This document shows, one piece after another, positions 48,330 to 61,357 of a stretch of 64,000 nucleotides of DNA. The stretch lies in NCBI GenBank assembly GCA_015680685.1, contig MNCI01002119.1:186001-250000 (forward strand), given 5' to 3'. The notes below the pieces were generated by a model that saw only the letters and a list, made by a program, of their open reading frames with translations, ran no database searches and had not been told where the DNA came from. Positions within the stretch are counted from its first letter, which is position 1; each line of letters starts with the position of its first letter. Made by a program: the position numbers and the translations under genes. Source of the stretch: Gnetum montanum. Taxonomy: Eukaryota > Plantae > Gnetophyta.

Positions 48330-50199
48330 TGAAACACCTTAAAAATTTTGAGGCACTCTTGCTTCACCAGGGTCTCGGAATTGAGGCAAGAATTTCCACA
48401 AGTGTAGCCTCATAATTGCTTGGTAGAAAATGAATGCTCTAAGTTCAAACTAGCCAATCTAGCAAGTTTTCTACCTCCAGTGCTGATAGGCCCAATGGAC
48501 TCTCTAGCCTGCTCACCCAGACAACTCACCCGGTTGACAATTTACTCAGAAACTGCACTTGGAGTTGTCGATGGTGCTCAGGATGTGCTAAACAGTTTGG
48601 CAAGTTTTCTAGTGAAGAATTTTTCTATGCTATGTAGTGTAGTAGGCCTCAAAAGATAGTTACTTAGGTAACCAAACTATTATAGAACAAAGTGCTACAC
48701 TATGCTACGCTACGTAGCGTAGCACAATGTAGCAAAGGAAAAACAAAAAGGCCCAACTTACCTAGTGATTCCAATTGCACTCAGTAAGCACTCCGGCCTT
48801 CAAAACTAGTTGCCTTGTTCAACTTCAAGTCCTTTGGCAAAAAGAATATCTTACTAGAAAGTGGTGGATTGAGAAAAAAGTAGGACACACTAGTTTCTAC
48901 GCTGTGCTATGCTGCATAGTGTAGCATAGCATAGCGATGATTCAAAAGCAGCAATGAGCGTTTCAAATGCAAGTTCTGCAAGTTCAAAAGCTTCCCTTCA
49001 CAAAAGATGATATTTTTAGTTATTATCATAATCAGAGCACCAAGCAAGCATTTGCAATTTCAACACGAGTCACAAATGAAACTAGTTGTTACGCTATGCT
49101 ATGCTATATAGCGTAGCATAGCATAGGAAAGATGCAAATCAAACAAACTGCTGCAAAAGTTGACCTGACATGCACCGAAGCTTCCAATAAGATGTAGTTG
49201 GCTTCAATGCAAATTTCTTTTTCAAACTGATGGCTACGCTATGCTACGCTACATAGCTTAGCAAACAACTACGCTACGCCAACATGCTATGCTACATAGC
49301 ATAGCAAGCAACTACACTACGCCGACATGCTACACTACATAGCATAGCATAGCATAGCAGGAAGCTACCCTATTTTAGTGTGCCTCATTCCTTGTCTACA
49401 TTTTTGGCATATTTGATTCTAGAATCTCCAATTTTGATGACATAATTTCAGCGTGACAAGTTCACGACTGGCTTTGCATGTTCATGTAGTATGGACACGT
49501 CAGCATTTCGTGGGTCCAGGACACATGTCATCCAAGCCTCATTTCTCGCATGCTCCTAGCCCTATAAATACCCCAACAAGCAATGCTCAAATGGTTGGCA
49601 AATTAGCAATTCAAAGGATCAGCAAATTTTAGCAGTTGGCAAATTCAAAACTCACTTGATTGACAAATTGAGAATCCCCCTGGTTGGCAAATTTCAGTAG
49701 TTGGCACTTTTAGTGTTGGCACTTGGCATTAGATTTTTTCTTGTTGGCACTTGTACTATTGGCTCTTAAGCTTGTACTCAAAAACATAGTTGAGGTATTT
49801 CGAGCATTCTGGTCATTCCTGGACTCTCTGTGCATCTCCAACACTGTATAACTTGTTATACATTTTCAAGCAAAGAAGAGAATTGAACCCGCGACTTTGC
49901 GGTGGTGCATTTTCTTATTCTAGTTACTCTGTTATTTCTTTATTGTCATCTTTGTTTGGCATCATTTTCTCTATCATTTCATTTATTGATTATTAGTTAA
50001 ATCTTGTGTGTTCCGCACTTAAAACAATGTTTATGAAAGGTTAAGTTACACCAACTAAGTCCTTGTCTGATCGACTAGACCATTCAGGGTGCCCCATTTC
50101 CATTTTTATCTAGCACAACCATCTGATAGATCCGAGGTTAAAATTTTTTGCCCAACAACCCCTCAATGTTTCCAGCCATCGAAGTTTATGGTCACTACA
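48330..50199 (+). repeat. E3 3' LTR (~1.87 kb)
   Basis: PPT AAAGAGGGGCCAA then TGAAACACC; TATA at 49561; CA end abuts the 707-bp repeat. Confidence 0.92.
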
Positions 50200-53100
50200 T
50201 GTGGCACTCTATTTTTGGGTTTCATGGAGGACTTTAGGTATGTGTGGTTTATGAATAGTGAATGCATTTATCTCGAACCCTAGATCCTAGGAGGCATGTC
50301 TATTTATCTTGTGGTGTGACTATTCAAAATGTTGCAAGATCGACACATTGAGAAGATGGATCATCAATACTGATGGCTACGATATTGAAAAAGTTTCTCT
50401 AAAAATAATAATAGTTGAACTCATGCAAATGGTTGCATTGATTTTGTAGAGTTGAGGTAGCACAGCATGTTGATGCCCCCATGGGGTAGCATTGTGTGCA
50501 TGCTCTCTTTACCTAATCACAGGTGGTAGATCTGAGTTCATGGGCACATGCTAGGAAATGAAGAGGATGTAGGTTCTCATGTCCTTCATGCATATGTGGG
50601 TGCCTTCCTTTAGGGCATTAGTGAGTATGTTCTTCCTTAGGATGAGTTAACCAAGAAATTAGATTAATAGAATGTGGAGGGTGGTTATGGAGTATGTTAA
50701 TTAGAAACACGAGTGTCTCAATGCAAATGTTCATCTAGGATCCTCAAGCTGTGGTCTTGTTTTAACCCTTGAGGTCAAAGTAAGAAATCCCAATCATCTT
50801 GGATCATGGGTGCAGATATTCAGGTTACCATTTCATGATCATATCATCTCGAAAGTTACCTTTCATGGATTTAAAGACTTACACTAGCCCTTCCCTTAGA
50901 GTAACTTGTTGAGTTTGAACATTTTCTCATTCTCAATAGTAAGTTTTTCAAGGGTTAGGAGTAGTTGGAAAAATGGTAGAGGATAATGTCTCATCAATCC
51001 ACTATTTTGGGTATGCAACACTCTATTTTTGGATTTCCTGGAGGAATTTGGGGTTGTGTGGTTCTTGAATGGTAAATGCAGCTATTTAGAAGTCTAGATA
51101 CTAGGAGCTGTGTCTTTTTATCTTGTGGTGTAACTATTCTAGATGTTCTAGTTTTTAGGAATGTCTGTGTTAGCCTATGATGTCATGGTCCTCATGGTTC
51201 ATGTTCATGACTCTTGAGATGATTTGAGAGACAAATTCCCTTCTGGGTTAATAGATACATTTGATAGAGAAAGGCTTATGGAGGTGTTAGACATGTTCTA
51301 TGGTGTCCATTATTAAAGAGTGTCTAGCAACTACTTCTATTTACTAGGATGAGTCAACCAAGAAACTGGATGAATAGAATGTGGAGGGTGTGTTGTTTCT
51401 GAATTGTCAATGTGAGTATCTAGAAGCCTATATCCTAGGAGGTGTTTATATTTATCTTGCAGTGTGATTGTTTTCAATGTGTTCTAATTTTCATGAATCT
51501 CCATTTTAGCTTAGGATGCAATGGTCCTCATGGTTTATGTTCATGAATCTTGAGCCGATTTAAGAGACATATGCCCTCTGTAGATGATAGATACAATTGA
51601 TAGAGAAAGGCTCCTAGAGGATCAGATGTGTTCTATGATGTTCGTGGTTAAAGAGTTTCTAGCAAGTGTGTCCATCTGTTAGGATGAGTCAACTAAGAAA
51701 TCAGATGAATAGAATGTGGACGGTGCTCATGAAGTATGTTAATAAAAAATGTGAGTGCTTGAATGAAAATGTTCATCTAGGATCCTTAAGATGTGGTCTT
51801 GCTCTAACCCTCAAGGCTAGAGCAAGAAAGCCTAGTCATCTTGGATCATGAATGCATATAGTGAAGTTACTATTTTGTAATCATATCATCTCAAAAGTTA
51901 CCTTTCGTGGATTTAAAGACTTATGCTAGCCCTTCCCTTGGAGTAACTTGTTGAGTTTGAACATTTTCTCATCCTCGAAAATACATTTTTCAAGGTTTAG
52001 GAGTAGCTGGATAGATGGTAGAGGTTCATGCCTCATAAATCCACTGTTTTGGCTATGCAACACTCTGTTTTTGGGCTACATGGAGGACTTTGTAGGTGTG
52101 TGGTTTCTAAACTATGAATGCCAATATCTAGAAGCCTAGATCCAAGGAGTTGTGTCTCTTTCTCTTGCAGTGTGGTTGTTCTAAATGTTCTAGTTTTCAA
52201 CAATGCCTGTGTTAGCCTAGGATGCCATGGTCCTCATTGTTCACTTTCATGACTCTTGAACCAAATCAAGAGATATATGCCCTCCATGGTTGACAAATAT
52301 GATTGATAGAGAAAGGCTTGTGGAGGTGTGGATGTGTTTTGTGGTGTTTGTGGTTAAAGAGTGTCTAGTGAGTGTATCCATTTGTTAGGGTGACACAACA
52401 AAGAAATCAGATGAGTAGAATGTGGAGGGTGCTAATAGAGTACATTAATTGGAAATGTGAGTGCCTTAATGCAAATGTTTATCTAGGATTCTCAAGCCAT
52501 GGTCTAGCGTTAACCCTCGAGGCAAGAGCTAGAATGCTGAGCCACTAAGGATCATGGTGCAAGTATTTGGGTTGTTATTTTGTGATAAGTATCACCTCAA
52601 AAGTTATCTTTTGTGGATTCAAAAACTTACGTTCACCCTTCCCTTGGAGTAACTTATTGAGTTTGAACATTTTCTCATCCTCAATAGTAAGTTTTCCAAG
52701 GATTAGGAGTAGTTGGATAGCTAGTAGACTCTCATACCTTGTAAATCTATTATTTTAGATATGTGACTCTCTATTATTGGGTTTCACAAAGGAATTTGGA
52801 GGTGTGTGGTTTATGAATAGTGAATGCAAGTATCTTAAAGCCTAGATACTTGGAGGTGTTTCTATTTATTTTGTGATGTGATTTTTTTGAATGTGTTCTA
52901 GTTTTCAAGAATTTTCATTTTAGCATAGGGTGTAATGATCCTTATCTTTCACATTCATGACTCTTGAGCCAATTTGAGAGATAGATGCCCTTCCTTATTA
53001 ATAGATATGATTAATAGAGAAAGGCTTATGGAGGTGTGCGCATGTTCTGTGGTGTCTGTGGTTAAAGAGTATCTAGCAAGTGCATCCGTTTGTTAGGGTG

Positions 53101-56100
53101 AGTCAACCAAGAACCTAAATGAATAGAATGTGGAGAGTGCTCATCAAGTACGTTAATTAGAAACATGAGTGCCTCATTGAAAATGTTCCTTTAGGATCCT
53201 CAACCCATGGTCTTGCGCTAACCCTTGAGGCTAGAGCAAGAAAGTTTAGTCATCTTGCATCATGGTTGCAAATAGTTGAGTTACCATTTCTTGATCATGT
53301 CATCTCAAAAGTTACCTTTTGTGGATTCAAATACTTATGTTGGACTTTCCCTTGGAGTAACTTGTTGAATTTGAATGTTTTCTCATCCTTGGTAGTAAGT
53401 TTTTCAAGGGTTAGGAGTAGTAGGACACATGGTAGAGTCTCATGCCTCATAAATCCACTATTTTGGCTCTGTGACACTTTATTTTTTTGTTTCACAGAGG
53501 AATTTTGGGGTGTGCGATTTCTGAATGGTAAATGACGATATCTAGAAGTCTAGATCCTAGGAGGCATGTCTATTTTTCTTATGGTATGACTATTTTAAAT
53601 TTTCTAGTTTTTAGTAATGTCTTCCTTAGACTAGAGTGAAATGGTCCTCATGGTTCATCTTCATGACTCTTGAGCTTATTTCAGAGATAGATCTCCTCCT
53701 TGGTTCATAGATACAATTGATACAGAAATTCTCATGGAGTTCTAGACATGTTCTGTGGTGTTCATGATTAAGGAGTGTCTAGAAAGTGTGTCCATTTATT
53801 AGGTGAGTCAACATGAAAATAGATGAATTAAATGTTGAGGATGCTAGTAGAGTACATAAAATCAAAATGTGAGTGCCTCAATGCAAATGTTCATCTAGGA
53901 TCCTCAAGCCATGTTCTAGCATTAACCCTCGAGGCAAGAGCTAGAAAGTTGAGCCACCAGGGATTGTGGTGCAAGTATTCGAGTTGTCATTTTATGATCA
54001 TTTTCACCTTAAAAGTTATCTTTTGTGGATTCAAAAACTTATGTTGGCCCTTCCCTTGGAGTAATTTGCTAAGTTTGAACATTTTCTCATCCTCAGTAGT
54101 AAGTTTTCTAAGGGTTAGAAGTAATTGGATAGATGGTAGAGGCTCATGCCTTATAAATCCACTATTTCGGCCGCGTGGCACTTTCCTTTTGGGTTCCATA
54201 GAGGACTTTGTGTGGTTTTTGAATGGTGAATGCTAGTATCTAGAAGCCTAGATCCTAGGAGGCATGTCTATTTATCTTGTGGTGTGATTTTTTTGAATAT
54301 TCTAGTTTTCAATAATATCTATCTAGGCCTAGGATGCGATGGTCCTCATGGTTCACATTCATGACTCTTAAGTTGATTCAAGAGATAGATGTCTTCCATA
54401 GTTGACATATACGATTAATAGAGAAAGGCTTTTGGATGTGTGGATGTGTTTTGTGGTGTCCATGTTTAAGGAGTGTCTAGTGAGTGTGTCTATTTGTTAG
54501 GTTGAACCAACCTAAAAATTGGATAAATTGAATGTCAAGGATGCTAGTAGAGTACATAAAATGAAAATGTGAGTGCCTCAATGCAAATGTTCATCTAGGA
54601 TCCTCAAGCTATGGTTTTATGTTAACCCTTGAGGTAGGACCTAGAAAGTTGAGCCACCAAGGATCATGGTCCAAGTATTTGGGTTGTCTTTTTGTGATTA
54701 TTATCACCTCAATAGTTATCTTTTGTGGATTCAAAGACTTACATTGGCCCTTCCCTTGGAGTAACTTGTTGAGTTTGAATGTTTTCTCATCATTGGAAGT
54801 AAGTTTTCTAAGGGTTATGAGTAGTTGGATAGATGGTAGAGGCTCACAAGGGACTTTGGAGGTGTGGTTTCTGAACAATTAATGTAGGTAGCTCGAAGCC
54901 TAGATCTTAGGAGGTGTTTTTGTTTATCTTGCAGTGTGATTCTTTTAAATGTTTCTAGTTTTCAAGAATGTCCATTTTATTCTAGGGTGTGATGGTTCTC
55001 ATGGTTCATGTTCATGACTCTTGAGCCCATTCAAGAGATAGATGCTCTCCCTATTTGACACATATGATTGATAGAGAAAGGCTCATGGAGGTGTGGACGT
55101 GTTCTATCATGTTGGTAGTTAAAGAGTGTCTAGTAAGTGCATTTCTTTGTTAGCGTGAGTCAACCCAAAAATAAGATGAATAGAATGTTGAGGGTGCTGG
55201 TGGAGTACATTAATCGAAAACATGTGTTCCTCAATGCAAATGTTCATCTAGGATCCTCAAGGCTATTATCTAGCATTAATCCTTGAGGGTAGAGCTAGAA
55301 ATCCTAGCCATTGAGGATCATTGTGCAAGTATCTTGGTTTTCATTTTATGATCATATCATCTCAAAATTTTTATTTTTGTGGATTCAAAGACTTACATTG
55401 GCCCTTCCATTAGAGTAACTTTTTGAGCTTGAATGTTTGCTCATTCTTGGTAGTATGTTTTCCAAGGTTTAGGAGTAGTCAGATAGATGGTAGAGGATCA
55501 TGCCTCATAAATCCATTGTTTTGGCTACATGACACTATTTTTGGGTTTCATGGAGGACTTTGGGAGTGTGTGGTTTCTAAACCATCAATGAAAGTATCTA
55601 GAAGCCTATATCCTAGGAGGCATTTTTATTTATCTTGTGGTATGATTGTTTTAAATGTGTTCTAGTTTTCATGAATGTCCATTTTAGCTTAGGGTGCCAT
55701 GGTTCTCATGGTTCACATTCATGACTCTTGAGTAGATTCGAGAGACAGATGCCCCCTATATGGTTGATAGATATAATTAGTAGAGAAAGGCTCATGGAGG
55801 TATGGACATGTTCTATGGTGTCTGTAGTTAAAAAGTGTCCATCGAGTGTCTGCATTTCTTAGGGTGAGTCAACATAGAAATTGAATGAATAGAATATTGA
55901 GGGTGCTCATGGAGTACATTAAATTGGAAACATGAGTGCCTCAATGCAGATGTTCATCTTGGATCCTCAAGCTGTGTTCCAACATTAACCCTTGATGCCT
56001 AAGCTAGAAAGCCCAACCATTGAGGATTTTGGTGTACATATTTGGGTTGGCATTTCACGATCATATCATCTTGAAAGTTATCTTCTATGGATTCAAAGAC

Positions 56101-56884
56101 TTATGTTGGCCCTTCCCTTGGAATATCTTATTGAGTTTGAACATTTGCTCATCCTCAGAATTTAGTATTTCAAGGGTTAGGAGTAGTCAGATAGATGGCA
56201 AAGCATCATACTTTGTAAATCCATTGTTTTGGCTATGCAAAACTCTATTTTTTGGTTTCATAAAGGACATTGAGAGTGTGTGGTTTTTGAATGATAAATG
56301 CAAGTATCTGGAAGCCTAGATCCTAGGAGGCATTTCTATTTATCTTTTGGTGTGATTTTTCTAAATGTGTTTTAGCTTTCATGAATGTCAATTTTAGCCT
56401 AGGGTGCGATGGTCCTCATGGTTCACATTCATGACTCTTGAGCCAATTCAAGAGAAAAATTCCCCCATTGTGGTTGATATATATGATTGATAGAGAAAGG
56501 CAAGTGGAAGTGTGGACATGTTCTATGATGTCCATAGTTAAAAATTATTCATTGAGTATCCTTGTTTCTTAGGGTCAGTCAACATAGAAATTGGATGAAT
56601 AGAATGTCAAGGGTATTGGTAGAGTACATAAAATGAAAATGTGAGTGCCTCAATGAAAATTTTCATCTTGGATACTCACATTGTGGTTCAATGTTAATCC
56701 TTGAGGTCGAAGCTAGAATGCCTAGCCATCGAGGATCATGGTGCAAGTATTTGGGTTGGTGTATCATGATCATATCACTTCAAAAGTTATCTTTCATGTA
56801 TTCAAAGACTTATGTTGGCCCTTCCCTTGCAATAACTTGTTGAGTTTAAATATTTGCTCATCCTTGATAATAGGTTTTCCAAGG
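50200..56884 (+). repeat. ~707-bp tandem repeat array (about 9 monomers), probable rDNA IGS
   Basis: Anchor GGATCCTCAAG-like motif at 50738, 51780, 52486, 53194, 53898, 54598, 55251, 55961, 56670. Confidence 0.92.
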
Positions 56885-58334
56885 TGTAACGACGGAAAAC
56901 GTTGGTAGCTGGAAAATACCGAACAAATTCCGCGTACACAGTTTTAACCACGGATCCGTGCGAGGGATATGCTGGAAAAATGAATCTGCGGTGCCCTGAA
57001 CGGTCTTTTCGATCAGATAGGGACTTACTAATCAGTAAACCGATGAATATTTCGTGAAAACGACCTGATTCAAGGAATGATAAAACGAGGGGAAAACGAT
57101 GTAGATGAATTGCAACGATGATAACGCTAAACACGATAAGAGGAGGCTGACATAAGAGAAGCACGTAATTTCAAGATCTACGCTTTGACTTGAAAAAATG
57201 TATATTTCGTATGAGAAATTACACTGGGGAGACCCCAATTGTTGGATGTGAAGCAAGCACAAAACAACAAGAAAATGGTCCAGACAGAAGTCCGATCTAC
57301 CTTGTGGGCTAAAGCCGGGATGCAAGGAAGGCCAAGCTCTGACGTCTACCAATCAATTGTTTTTTACCAATAGAGTCTTCCCAGCAGAACGATTACTCTT
57401 GTCACTGATGCTCAAAGCGAACTGTGCTCTATTTCTGCTGTAAGGTGATGCTGTCAACAATTGCCAAAGCACTGCTCTCTGTGTCTTTGCCCCAAAAGCG
57501 ATAAGTGCTCTGGTGCTCAGAAAAATGCCTTTGCTTCTTTGATTTGCCAACCCTTGTATCTTTGTCAAATGGGGTATTTATAAGCTATGATGCCCTGTGG
57601 AAAAGGTGCAACCCTGATGACATGTGCCCCGAATGTTTTGGGTACTGTTGACTGGACCGCTTTTACGTCAAACTTCCTGATTACGCACAATACGCTCGTT
57701 CGCGTATTGTGCGTGTGAAGAAGAGACGCGCGTCGGGCATGTTTCAACTATCCTTAGGCCATATTATGCTCATCACGCTGTGTCGCATGCACAAGTGTAA
57801 CACATCGTGGAAACAGTAGATTCAGGCTGTTTTATGCTTGCACACGCAGCCGCGCGTAATGAAGCGTAAAGGATGTCTAGCTTGGCGACGCAATATGCTA
57901 TGATACGCTACGTTGCGTGCTGAGCGTATGATGAGCAGTCACATTTTCTTAGACCTTGCCTTTGACTGTTCTGGAACTTATTACGCTTCCGTGCGTAACA
58001 GAGTGTAAACCTGGCCTTGAAGAAAAGACTTAGCAAAATGCACAAGAAATCACGCTGCTTAAGCTTCTCCCTATGCCGAAGTACCTATCCTTTTGATGCC
58101 GGACTATGTTTAAATAGCATCACGCTAAGCGCCATTATGCTACGTCACGTGATATAGCGTAAACAAAAAAAGCGTAGAAAGATTAGGAATCTACACAAGA
58201 AGTTGCGAACTTTGATGCTACACACATCTTGGTGTTGCTTTGTCTTATTCCCCCCTCTGGAATGCTAAGATGTGCCCTTGCTTGAATTGCGAATCTTTGC
58301 CTGAGGCCGACTCACAATTTTTTACGGTGTTTCA
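56885..58334 (-). repeat. E4 3' LTR (1450 bp)
   Basis: Minus strand starts TGAAACACC after the PPT; TATAAATACCCC near 57582-57571. Confidence 0.9.
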
Positions 58335-59439
58335 ATGGCCCCTCTTTGTTGACGGTTGGAGGGCTTACCCGAAAGACGTCGACAAAGAACACGAAACACC
58401 GGATTGGTAGAAGCAAGAACAACATCCATCCATGGCTACTCAAGGATTGCCCTGTCAACATGGAAAAGCAAAGCTGGAGGGAATGGGAGCTAGAATGGCA
58501 TGGTATGGAACAGGTTCGGAGAAGGTGTAGAATGAGGCAGGATGGAAGAGCATGGAATACGCTTACTACACGCACAGAAACGTACGCACACTTATGTGGA
58601 CAGGAATGCTTTCAGATGAGCGTAACGCATCAGCCTGAGATCTCTCTGTGACTGATTATAGCAGGAATGCTTGCAACAGGAGCATGGTGCATCACGTTTG
58701 TCATATCTCTGCTAAGGGGAGTGCGGAAAATGGATATTTGCGTATGTAGGTTTTGCGCATGGGAAGTGGGTGGTGGGGATGAAGGAAACAAGAGCTAAGG
58801 GTAGGATTTGTGAGAGGTACAGGCATGCCGATCTAAGTGGTCGGGCAAATCTGAGCAGCCATTTCAACACGCTGTTGTACTTCACTGCTCAGATGGACGC
58901 ACCTTTGAACGACATCCTCCAAGGCAAGTAACCTGCACCCACAAAAGAAAGCAGAGGATAATTGCTCATGCGAATAAGAGGCGAGGTTGTCGAAGCGAGT
59001 GCCGTTTGATGTGAGATAGAGCGATTGAGCTGTAGAGAAGGAGCTGGAGCATGTGGGCGGAGCTGCCAATCCTAACGATTGGCCCAGCATATCTTCGCCA
59101 AAAGGCATTAGACACAGTGCAGCTAACTAGTTGTATAGGGAACCAGCCAGATGAATTTGCGAAGCCGGTGTCCGATAGCGATGATTGGCAGAGGTTCCCG
59201 AGGCCATTGTCGACGAGGATTTTGTCGGGGCTCCGGCTGGCGAGACTAAACTCTCAGACGTACTACCACTGCAGCGGGCGCAGTGGCAGCATCTCTGAAA
59301 GATCAGTAAGATTCCTCTCAGCTTATCCAAGGAATCAGTAGGATGCTAGTGGGGTGGCGACGCTGGGACTGTCCCAATATCCCACCCCATTGGTTGTGCA
59401 GCTGTACAGAGATGATCACGCTCGCTTGATTTACATGAC

Positions 59440-59945
59440 AGTAGTCTGTAAGTCCCAGTTTTAAGTCCTGGTACACCGCCGTTACTGGTTTTAAGTCTCA
59501 GCAGACCATGGTCCCAGTTTAAAGTCCGGGCAGACCGAGAAGTGCTAGTTTTACGTCGTAGCAAACGGTGGTATGTCTGATTTATGGTCTCAGTAGACCG
59601 TGCTATGGATGTTAGTTTCATGTCATGACCTAGGGACAGATCTGTGCTAGTTTTACGTCTCATCAGATGGTTACTTACCTATGCCAGTTTAGTGTCGTGG
59701 CAGACGTGTGCAAAAGACGCCAGTTTTTCATCTTGGCGGACCTGTACAACATTGCCAGTTTTTCGTCTTAGCAGACGGTTGCAACCTGCCAGTTTAGCAT
59801 CATAGCGGACGATTATTGCCAGTTTAGCGTCGTGGCAGATGCATGCAAGGCATGCCAGTTTTACGTCGTAGCGAACGATCAGTGCCAGTTTAACGTCATA
59901 GCAGACGTTCGATGCCAGTTTAGCGTCGTAGCGGACGATTATTGC
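59440..59945 (-). repeat. E4 3'-UTR tandem array with CpGs retained (TCYGCYACGACGYWAAACTGGCA)
   Basis: About 15 units; plus strand shows repeated TGCCAGTTT..CGTCGT.GCAGAC. Confidence 0.9.
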
Positions 59946-59974
59946 CATACCTGCTGTCGACACCGTAGATGCTG

Positions 59975-61072
59975 CTAAATGTAATACCGCTTCAGATATA
60001 CATGATTTACAGGATTTGCTAATTCATTGTCGTTGGTGTCTGCTAATTTGAACGCTCCATTGTTGTACATGTCCACCACTAAGAAAGGGCCTTCCCAGTT
60101 TGCAGAGAACTTGCCTACTGGTTCACTTACGGCCTTAAGAACAAGATCTCCATTCTTAATCGGGCATTGTCGAAGGTTGTGGCGATGTTTCTGTCGCTTT
60201 TTGTCTTGATATCTTTCAATCGTGTCAAGAGCTTGTATCTGCTTCTCTTCCACTGAATCCAGATCTGCGATTCGAGACTCGGCGTGTTGAGCCTCATTTA
60301 TAACCGCGGAGAGGACCATTCTCAGAGAAGGGATTTGCAACTCAAGAGGCAGCACTGCTTCAGACCCGTAAACCAGGCTATAGGGCGTACTACCCGTAGC
60401 TGTCCTACATGTAGTACGATACGCCCATAGCACATAGAGGATCTGTTCGTGCCACCACCTTTTGTTGCTGTTGAGCATTTTCTTGAGCAGATTGATGATT
60501 ACTTTGTTCGTTGCTTCAGCTTGACCATTCGCTTGCGGGTAATAGGGGGAAGAAAAAGATTGTCTAATGCCTAGGTTATCACAGAAAGATTTGGTTTCTG
60601 TGCTATTAAACTGCGGCCCATTGTCGGTCACAATAGTCATCGGGAGACCAAATCTGGTTACTATGTTATCTAGGATAAAATGGTAAATCTGCTGAGATGT
60701 GATCTTCCGCAGGGGAACAGCCTCTACCCACTTCGTAAAATACTCAGTGGCGGTAATAATGAAGCTATGACCTGTGGAAGATTTCGGCATGATGGGGCCT
60801 ATAATGTCTAGCCCCCATCGTTGAAATGGCCATGTTATCAGTGTTGTATGCAATTCTGTGGGTGACGCGTGTATAAGATTTGCGTGACGCTGACACATGT
60901 CACAGGTTTTAACCTTCGTCAAGCAAACTTTTTCCATGCGTGGCCAGTAGTATCCTAAGCGATGGATTTTTAGGGCCATAGCCCGTGGTGCTACGTGGCC
61001 ACCACACAGTCCCTCGTGAACTTTGCCGACTATATGTTGTGCTTGGTTTTTTTCAACGCAAGTCAGCAGCAC
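59975..61072 (-). CDS. E4 integrase (open 365-aa frame: zinc-binding, rve core, GPF tail)
   Basis: HEGLCGGH..CDMC; GLDIIGP..TDNGPQF..NGQAEATNK; NWEGPF; part of a truncated pol with an upstream TAG near 61152. Confidence 0.9.
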   Translation of the reverse strand: MLLTCVEKNQAQHIVGKVHEGLCGGHVAPRAMALKIHRLGYYWPRMEKVCLTKVKTCDMCQRHANLIHASPTELHTTLITWPFQRWGLDIIGPIMPKSSTGHSFIITATEYFTKWVEAVPLRKITSQQIYHFILDNIVTRFGLPMTIVTDNGPQFNSTETKSFCDNLGIRQSFSSPYYPQANGQAEATNKVIINLLKKMLNSNKRWWHEQILYVLWAYRTTCRTATGSTPYSLVYGSEAVLPLELQIPSLRMVLSAVINEAQHAESRIADLDSVEEKQIQALDTIERYQDKKRQKHRHNLRQCPIKNGDLVLKAVSEPVGKFSANWEGPFLVVDMYNNGAFKLADTNDNELANPVNHVYLKRYYI

Positions 61073-61357
61073 GCCATCAAAGGAGCATCTACAAAGGGTG
61101 CTATCCCTGATGATGACGTATTTCCTAGCCCGCTTACGGATTGCGTCTTTCTATGCGCGTGTTAATGCAAACGGTAGCTCGCCCTGTAAAAGGTAAGCTT
61201 TAATGTCGTCGTACCATTCAGGTGTGCTTTCCTCAAGAAGAGAGGAGATTTGTACCATTTGAATGATAGGATCTGTGCAATCTATAATCAATGTGGGGCA
61301 GGTGTCAAAAAGATGTGCAGGCATGTTCAAAGCTAGTGTTGCCAGTGCGTCGGCCAG

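Larger units (their letters stand above)
42293..50199 (+). mobile_element. E3: 5'-truncated, internally deleted element of the E2 subfamily (lacks RT, RH and aRH)
   Basis: Partial gag-PR, antisense-gene tail fused to INT, 3'-UTR array, PPT, 3' LTR ending GGTCACTACA. Confidence 0.92.
56885..61357 (-). mobile_element. E4: young CpG-rich, 5'-truncated relative (aRH tail, INT, 3' UTR, 3' LTR)
   Basis: LTR end reads ..CCGTCGTTACA on the minus strand at 56885; PPT 58347-58339; long open INT frame; breaks at LADALATLAL near 61357. Confidence 0.93.

Noticed and set aside
50200-56884. Possibility that the 707-bp repeat derives from 25S or 5S rRNA genes
   Set aside because: No conserved rRNA motifs recognised, even allowing for deamination
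59346-59963. ORFs with RYDAKLA / LRRKT repeats
   Set aside because: Translation of the E4 3'-UTR array
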